Shown one piece after another: positions 25,503 through 31,528 of a DNA stretch of 31,528 nt (position 1 is its first letter; each line of letters opens with the position of its first letter). Source of the stretch: a virus (taxonomy: Duplodnaviria; Caudoviricetes); the IMG/VR virus record IMGVR_UViG_3300038673_000159, positions 1 through 31,528 of that record; one strand, given 5' to 3'. Made by a program: the position numbers and the translations under genes. The notes under the pieces are model-generated. The model did not search any database, had not been told where the DNA came from, and saw only the letters and a program-made list of their open reading frames with translations.

Positions 25503-26726
25503 CTATACTTTAATTTTGTCAGAAAGTCGCGCAACCTCGCTTCTTTCGTTAATTGTTAATTGAACACACCCGAACAATTTTTCTCCTTTAAGTCCATCAA
25601 TCAATGCTTTAAGTCCATTATGCTTTTCGAACAAGCAATCATCAATCTGCTTAAAGTCTCCGTTAAACCAAATCTGACTGTTTTCATCTATTCGCCCAAG
25701 TAAAAGAGCAACGTGTTCTGCCGTTAGGTTTTCTGCTTCGGAAACAATTACAATTTTATTTTTAATACTTCGACCACGAATAAATCCAAGATGTTGTACT
25801 TCCAATGCTCTACTATTGATAAGCATTTTCAATCCATCAACTCCACCCACATGATCTGCGAACGGCATCAAAAATGGGAGAATCTTATCAAATTCTGTTC
25901 CCGGTAGTGCGCCAAGTTCCTTGGTTCCCTTTACGCCTATATTATTCCGAATAAACAAAATTGAATCTGGTTTATTGCTCCCGCCTGACTTAATTTGATT
26001 AAGTGCATGAGCGGCCATCAATAAATCTTTCCCCACGCCGAATTTACCAAAAAGTGCCTTTACCGGGATGTTTGCATTTTGAAGCAAATCAAATGCAAGT
26101 TCTTGTTGAGCGTTTCTTGGTTTAATTTTTTCAAGATGAAAACTATCAACCGCCTTGTATTTTACAGGAATAAATCCCTTTTCCGTTTTCCTAAACTTAT
26201 CAACAACACTTCCGTTGCTATCCCGAACAATTAAATATTCATTTATTAGCATGTCCCCAATATCAACATCGTTTTGATAAAGCCTAGCCAAGTCTTCATC
26301 AGAAACAGTAATCTCACGATATCCAGAATACGTTGAGCAAACTTCTTGTCTGTCTGCCCGATAATATTCACAAGGGATATTTAAGCATTTTGCTTTCAAA
26401 ATCACATTATGATCCGCCGAAACAAGAACTGCATTATCGTCAAATGCACAAATTTCTTTTGCAAAAGCCAAAATCCGGTTATCAGGAATCGCCAAATCAA
26501 GAGGAAACGAACATGTAAACTTTTCCCGAAAAACAATTTTCCCTTCGTCATACGCCTTGCTAATTCGTTTAATTGCGTCTTTTGCTGAACGAGCAAGCAA
26601 TTCGTTTCTATTGCGTTTGAGGCTGTCTAACTCTTCCGCAACTGTACTTACAAGGAAGACTTTTTCATATTCGCACGGATCTAGCCCATCAATAAAAGCA
26701 TTAGTATCAACAACTACATTTGACAT
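25503..26726 (-). CDS. phoH: PIN-domain PhoH-family protein (PhoH2/YlaK-like)
   Basis: VVVDTN, VAEELDSLK, DNRIL, LVSAD (PIN); PRNAQQ, GKFGVGKD, IRGRSI, SEAENLT, GDFKQID, ERSEVA (PhoH). Confidence 0.92.
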   Translation of the reverse strand: MSNVVVDTNAFIDGLDPCEYEKVFLVSTVAEELDSLKRNRNELLARSAKDAIKRISKAYDEGKIVFREKFTCSFPLDLAIPDNRILAFAKEICAFDDNAVLVSADHNVILKAKCLNIPCEYYRADRQEVCSTYSGYREITVSDEDLARLYQNDVDIGDMLINEYLIVRDSNGSVVDKFRKTEKGFIPVKYKAVDSFHLEKIKPRNAQQELAFDLLQNANIPVKALFGKFGVGKDLLMAAHALNQIKSGGSNKPDSILFIRNNIGVKGTKELGALPGTEFDKILPFLMPFADHVGGVDGLKMLINSRALEVQHLGFIRGRSIKNKIVIVSEAENLTAEHVALLLGRIDENSQIWFNGDFKQIDDCLFEKHNGLKALIDGLKGEKLFGCVQLTINERSEVARLSDKIKV

Positions 26727-26748
26727 TCATTTGCATTCCCTTCGGAAT

Positions 26749-26919
26749 TTATTTCTGCTCTCGCAGATACTTGTCCACAATTTCGTCTTCTACATAATAA
26801 GTTCTTGCTTTTGATTTCTTTTGCCGATTCGCAATTGCGATGTTGCGGCTTGTCGGGCTGAAATCTATCAAGCCCAAGCGAACCATGTCTTTGTATTCTC
26901 TCTGATTTACTTGCTTCAC
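26749..26919 (-). CDS. small basic protein (56 aa, GTG start, not in ORF track)
   Basis: GGAGG RBS then MKQVNQREYKDMVRLGLIDFSPTSRNIAIANRQKKSKARTYYVEDEIVDKYLREQK. Confidence 0.65.
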   Translation of the reverse strand: MKQVNQREYKDMVRLGLIDFSPTSRNIAIANRQKKSKARTYYVEDEIVDKYLREQK

Positions 26920-27024
26920 AGGAAGCCTCCGTAATATTTATTTTTTTGAGAGAGTGAATTATGCCAACCCCTCTACTATATAGATATAGGCGAGATATTG
27001 ATTTGCGCAAGTTTTTTACCAAAA

Positions 27025-28173
27025 TTATTGACAATTTTTACAATTTGCTCTAAATCCATCATTGCTCCCCGTATTTTTAGAAAAATAGGTAGGAGAAAGC
27101 AATTTTACCTTGCCACAAACAGAGCATGTTTTATACCATCCAAAATCTTCAAATGTATAGTACCAATCTTCATATTGACGCATGTATTCTTTGATAACCC
27201 GATTCCGAATTTTTGCCACACATTGTTGTACAAACCGAACATCCATATTTAATTGTCTTGCAACATCGGCATAACTTTTTTTATCTTCTTTTTCTAATTC
27301 CGCTAATATCAAAGACTCTTCTGCTGTTTTGGGAAGTATTTCCAAAAGTTTCAAAAATACATCCCCAAGTTCTCCAAATGGTGTAAGTTGTTTTGAATTT
27401 GCATTTCTGAACATTTTTTCTACTGCGTCATAGTCAAATCCGTCAATATCTGGTTCACTCAGTTTTTCGCCACTACTTGCAATATGCTTGAAATAAATAG
27501 TTTTGTCCAAGATTGTTTTCAATACACATTGTTCTTTGCGAAGCCCAGAAATCAGCATCCCAATAGTTCTACGTTCTTTCATGTGGCTTTTGTCGTTTGG
27601 AATAGTTTTGATTTTTTGAGAAAAATAATCAATTGTGTCTTTGTATTCTTTCAACACTGGATGCTTTTCTAAATCACGAGCAAAAATCTTTTGGCTTTTC
27701 TCACAAAGATAATTATGGTTTTTATCAACCAAATAATCAATTGCCGAATCAATATCCACATCATCATCATATTCTAAAGAATAGTCTGACTTCGTTTTTT
27801 CCCAAAATTCTTTTTCATCTTTATAAATATTATATTGCGTTTTTTGAGTAAGCCTTTCTCCGTCTGGACTAAATAGAATATAATTGGCAAGAATTTCTAA
27901 TCCGGTGCAAAATTCAATATCGTGCGAAAGAGGTTGTTTTGAACTGGGGTTAAAAATACTTTGTCCCGGTTTATATTCTAAATCACAGAAAAATTCCAAA
28001 TATTCATTTAGATTGCCTTTTTCGTCATACAGAATATCCCAAAGATAATCGGTTCTCTCTTTTTGCGACAAAGAAAAATCTCGCTTTGAAAGAATTGCTC
28101 GTATGTCTGTTTCATTTTTTTTAAACTGGTACCTTAATTTATTTTGAATCATTAAATCACATGCACCATCCAA
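27025..28173 (-). CDS. protein with C-terminal HTH and zinc ribbon (putative transcription factor)
   Basis: KSYADVARQLNMDVRFVQQ (HTH); CSVC...CKNC. Confidence 0.6.
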   Translation of the reverse strand: MDGACDLMIQNKLRYQFKKNETDIRAILSKRDFSLSQKERTDYLWDILYDEKGNLNEYLEFFCDLEYKPGQSIFNPSSKQPLSHDIEFCTGLEILANYILFSPDGERLTQKTQYNIYKDEKEFWEKTKSDYSLEYDDDVDIDSAIDYLVDKNHNYLCEKSQKIFARDLEKHPVLKEYKDTIDYFSQKIKTIPNDKSHMKERRTIGMLISGLRKEQCVLKTILDKTIYFKHIASSGEKLSEPDIDGFDYDAVEKMFRNANSKQLTPFGELGDVFLKLLEILPKTAEESLILAELEKEDKKSYADVARQLNMDVRFVQQCVAKIRNRVIKEYMRQYEDWYYTFEDFGWYKTCSVCGKVKLLSPTYFSKNTGSNDGFRANCKNCQ

Positions 28174-28251
28174 TCATATATACTTGTTGCAAGCCGTAGC
28201 AAGCCCACCAGTTGATTTTTATTTATTAAATGACATTGGATACGTTTCGCC

Positions 28252-28440
28252 TCAAATATTTATCCTCCCGGCATATTCACTTATTAGTTGTTGCCGAAAA
28301 TCGTAAAACATGATGTCTTCCTTGACTCTCACAGGATTGAACCCAACTTCTTCGTATGCGTCATGCAAGTAGCCGATGTTGTAACTCAAATATGGACGTT
28401 CTGCTGTCCCCCAGAATCGCTTATTGGATTGTGTCTCCAT
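28252..28440 (-). CDS. small hypothetical protein
   Basis: AAGGAGG RBS before ATG 28440 (METQSNKR...). Confidence 0.55.
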   Translation of the reverse strand: METQSNKRFWGTAERPYLSYNIGYLHDAYEEVGFNPVRVKEDIMFYDFRQQLISEYAGRINI

Positions 28441-28732
28441 AAATGTCCTCCTTCGCCTTGGGCGCAAAATATAGAATTTCAATCATATCGTCGCACGATC
28501 CGCTCGCAATTACGTCTGCAATTGCTTTTGTAATGACGTGGCGGACTTCAATATTGTAAAAGGAATCTTCCCGGAATGGATTCGTTGGATAGTCAAGTAG
28601 GTATTCGGCGTATTCTTCTTCGTGGCAAGAAGCGACCAGTTTCCGAAGATGGTCATATGATTCGTAAATGTTGAATGTGTCGTAAATGTTCATTTGATTG
28701 TACCGTCTTTCATTTGTTTTGGTTCCTTTCAT
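28421..28732 (-). CDS. hypothetical protein
   Basis: ORF behind a consensus promoter; start may be the internal MNIYD. Confidence 0.55.
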   Translation of the reverse strand: MKGTKTNERRYNQMNIYDTFNIYESYDHLRKLVASCHEEEYAEYLLDYPTNPFREDSFYNIEVRHVITKAIADVIASGSCDDMIEILYFAPKAKEDIYGDTIQ

Positions 28733-28749
28733 TTTTTGTTCCTAAGAGT

Positions 28750-28779
28750 ATTATACCATGAATTGGTGGGATTTGTCAA
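28750..28779 (-). promoter_or_regulatory. sigma-A promoter
   Basis: TTGACA-18 nt-TATAAT with TGn. Confidence 0.75.
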
Positions 28780-28791
28780 GAGGAAAGTTCT

Positions 28792-29476
28792 TCAATCACA
28801 TATTAAATCTTCTGGGAATTGTTTTGGAATATATTTACATATCATTTCTGAATAATGTTTTTCATATATTTCATCATGTGTACATTTGCTACCATATCCA
28901 TCATAATTCCAAGTTTTAAAATATTTTTTATTTTCATCATATATAAGAACTCTAATCCAACTCATTTTGTGTGTATCTATTTGACAATGAAACCCAGTAT
29001 ACTTTGATTCAAGTTCTTTTACAGTATTCAAAAAGAATAAATTCATTGCATTCTTATGCTTTTTTCCTATTATTTTTAAATACATTGAATCTGTAAAATG
29101 ATAAAAATTTTCCCCTCTCGCCAACGCCAAGATTAATGCCTTCCACAATTCTTTGTTTTCTCTTCTTTTTGTTATTTTGTGATTTGAATGAATATCATCA
29201 ACTAACGCCAATGCATTGTATCCGTTTTTAAAAGAATCTTTTGTGTCAATCCAATATTGTTCTCTGACTAATAGTTCGTTTTGATCTGAAACTTCTTCTA
29301 TAATTTCAAACACAAATCTTTCTCCGTTTTTATTAAAAGATCTCTGTAATTTAGTAGAATGGTGCGCATTATTTTTTAAAGCATAAAAATGTTGTCTTTT
29401 TCTTTTTTTCAAAATCACGAGTGCTACCAACATAAACTTTGCCATTATCCTTGTTCCTAATTTGATAAATTCCCAT
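28792..29476 (-). pseudogene. GIY-YIG homing endonuclease with one extra base in an A7 run (29403-29409)
   Basis: ATG 29476 gives MGIYQIRNKDNGKVYVGSTRDFEK. The continuation RKRQH..L....H....LQ..FNK.G...F.FEIIE....REQYWI...GYN lies in another frame; removing one A joins them. Confidence 0.85.
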
Positions 29477-30060
29477 CATTCGTCTTCACCATTTATTTCT
29501 TCCGCAATTTCAATCTCTGGCAAATACAAGTTATTATCTTCTATAATCATATTATAATTTGCTTCATACATTTTTGCATATTTTGTATGAATAAACATTC
29601 CGAGCAATGTTTTATTTATCATTTTTCCCCTCATAAATATAAATGGATTCACAAGATATGACACTCTTTTCCCACAAATTATTTTTACAAGTATTTCATG
29701 TGCAACCAAAGAATTTAACAATCTGTCAATATTTCTTTCTGACTGTAACATTTCTTGCGCCATTGTGCTTCTGCGCAAAGGTTCTAGTTTTGTTTCCATC
29801 AACATTCCATTAGTAAAATTTAAATATTGCAATACATAAAACAATATTGTACATTCCGCGCTGGATAATTCTTTCGAAAGCAACATCATTGGTTTCAAAT
29901 ATACCTTTATAAAATCTTCTTTTTTATTTAACTGGATAATATCATTAAAAGAATCTTTGCTCTCCTTCCTTGTAATTCTCAAAGAATCACCACTGTGAAT
30001 ATAGTGCGTGAGTTCTCCATCTGTAAAATCAACAACTCCAGCGATAGGTCTTTTTTCCAT
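29476..30060 (-). CDS. RepL-like winged-HTH protein (replication or regulation)
   Basis: FIKVY, LSSAE..IL, HTH-like segment, YLVNPFIFMRG. Confidence 0.65.
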   Translation of the reverse strand: MEKRPIAGVVDFTDGELTHYIHSGDSLRITRKESKDSFNDIIQLNKKEDFIKVYLKPMMLLSKELSSAECTILFYVLQYLNFTNGMLMETKLEPLRRSTMAQEMLQSERNIDRLLNSLVAHEILVKIICGKRVSYLVNPFIFMRGKMINKTLLGMFIHTKYAKMYEANYNMIIEDNNLYLPEIEIAEEINGEDE

Positions 30061-30086
30061 AATTTTGTCTCCTTATGTAAACTTAT

Positions 30087-30142
30087 GTAGACAGAATCTG
30101 TCTACTATCATGCCATAATCCGGACAGAATCTGTCTACTATC
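30087..30142. promoter_or_regulatory. duplicated palindromic operator/iteron
   Basis: GACAGAATCTGTCTACTATC at 30090-30109 and 30123-30142 (33-bp period); first copy extends to the palindrome GTAGACAGA-A-TCTGTCTAC. Confidence 0.75.
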
Positions 30143-30336
30143 GTTTTTGCAATTTTGCGCGAAAAACACAACATAAATGCGCAAAATTTTAACGGATTCT
30201 CTTCTATATCTTAATACCTCTCAAAACGCTATTAAATCACCCCCTTATTATATATATCGTCCAATAATATAAAACACTTAATAGGTTTTATGTTAAAATT
30301 ATATTACAAAATACATATCGTACTCCACCTACCATT

Positions 30337-30365
30337 ATTATATCACGCCAACTATCATTTGTCAA
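30337..30365 (-). promoter_or_regulatory. consensus sigma-A promoter with extended -10
   Basis: TTGACA-17 nt-TATAAT with TGn. Confidence 0.8.
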
Positions 30366-30369
30366 TACC

Positions 30370-31528
30370 TAATTTATTTTTATTTTTACCGAATCGAATC
30401 ACACTTCATATTTACCACGCCCAGCATCTCGCCAAACACTAATTCGTAAATCGTAACATGGATGTAATATTGTAATAATTTCGTAACTTGCATACACCAG
30501 TGATCGCCATTTTTAAGAGTTCTTTTCGGCTACGCCGAGCCAAATCGTAAAAGAGTCGTTTTTCGTAGCGTCGCAACGGCCAAAAATCACTGTCGCACAA
30601 ATTTTTATGTTTTGGTCATGTTTTTCGCACAATTCCATAAAAATCGTCGTAAATCGGTCGTTATTTGCGTTTTTCTTCGGTTTTTCAAGGCCGAATATCA
30701 GGCTGGTGATGTTGCGTAGTTGCTCGTTTTGGTCATTTGTGCGCACCTTGCCATTTGATCCGTGTTTTTCGAGAATTGGTTGTTTTGTAAACAGGTTGAA
30801 AATAAATGTATTTTTATGCGTACATGGGAGTGAATTAAGGCATATAATTTACCAAATGTTAGGAGAATAAGGGGTGTGTGTGAATGGAAGTGCTATGTGC
30901 CTCCCCGCGCTGAAAAACGGTCGAAAATATGGAAACATACCCCCCATGGGTATCAAACATGGCATATAATCATATATTATGAATCATATGTCATGGGATA
31001 AAGTCACTATCAAAAGTGAATCAATAGAAAAGCGGATTGTCTGGCATGGTATATAATGACGAAAGTTAATACCATGTTTAAATATGGTTCATTTTTTGAA
31101 GCAATAGGATCGGCTGAAACTTGATTCATAATAACAAGAAAAATGTCATGGTTCACATAACTCATATGACCACCCGGTCATATATAGTATTACATTGTAT
31201 TACACACTCACACAATCAATCACGCAAAATTAAATCTTATATAATTCAATTGCATACAATGTAATACTGATACTATACAATCGTATACGTTATAATTGCA
31301 TGATGTTGTATTGCGTACAATTGAATAGCACGTGATTATATTGTATTCAATGAGATACTAACTTTCCTATTCTCCCATTGCTTTACTTTCGGAACCAACG
31401 TTCCTAGACTATAACGTGTATGCATTGTGGTACTTGGTATCTATTTGGTAACTAACTATACTGCGATTGTATTAAGCAAATAATACAATGTATCGGCTGT
31501 CGATATACGCTTGTTTCGGCTGGCTGGG
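30370..31528. other. long non-coding region (possible packaging, origin or control region)
   Basis: No convincing ORFs; many A/T tracts, a TACCCCCC run at 30938-30945, recurring ATACAAT/ATTGTAT motifs. Confidence 0.4.

Noticed and set aside
26714-27034. 106-aa minus-strand ORF
   Set aside because: A different frame (26749-26919) has a GGAGG RBS and a more protein-like sequence.
28792-29445. ORF-track start MAKFMLV
   Set aside because: Artefact of the frameshift; the GIY-YIG start is at 29476.
30513-30870. Short ORFs in the right-hand region and other short plus-strand ORFs in the window
   Set aside because: No RBS or motifs; most overlap well-supported minus-strand genes.
31466-31475. 10-nt match (GATTGTATTA) to the copy-1 guide
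   Set aside because: Short, AT-rich, no adjacent TTTAT, and part of the local ATTGTAT motif; consistent with chance.

Overview
Segment of a large tailed phage or prophage of a Firmicutes host, with SPbeta-like gene order. Essentially all genes are on the minus strand. In transcription order (right to left): a ~1.4 kb non-coding end; a RepL-like HTH gene; a frameshifted GIY-YIG endonuclease; an HTH/zinc-ribbon protein; PIN-PhoH; HU; a metallophosphoesterase; ClpP; a hairpin-rich non-coding stretch; an atypical CAT-anticodon tRNA; terminase, portal, protease/scaffold, capsid, head-tail and tail-tube genes; a three-glycosyltransferase cassette behind a perfect sigma-A promoter; a diversity-generating retroelement (DGR); XkdW/XkdX-like genes; a RuvC-like resolvase; an amidase endolysin; further tail-region genes; and a second RepL-like gene. 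The DGR has the order target/VR-TR-RT, 28 of its 29 TR-VR mismatches fall at TR adenines, and no avd gene is visible. The most unusual signal is two identical 207-bp orphan copies of an IS200/IS605 tnpB 3' end plus omegaRNA/right end. Each follows CTCTTTTTAT, each has a different 3' flank (potential guide), and the window has no tnpA, left end or intact tnpB. Protein calls come from motif recognition and synteny by eye; no searches were run and counts were done by hand.
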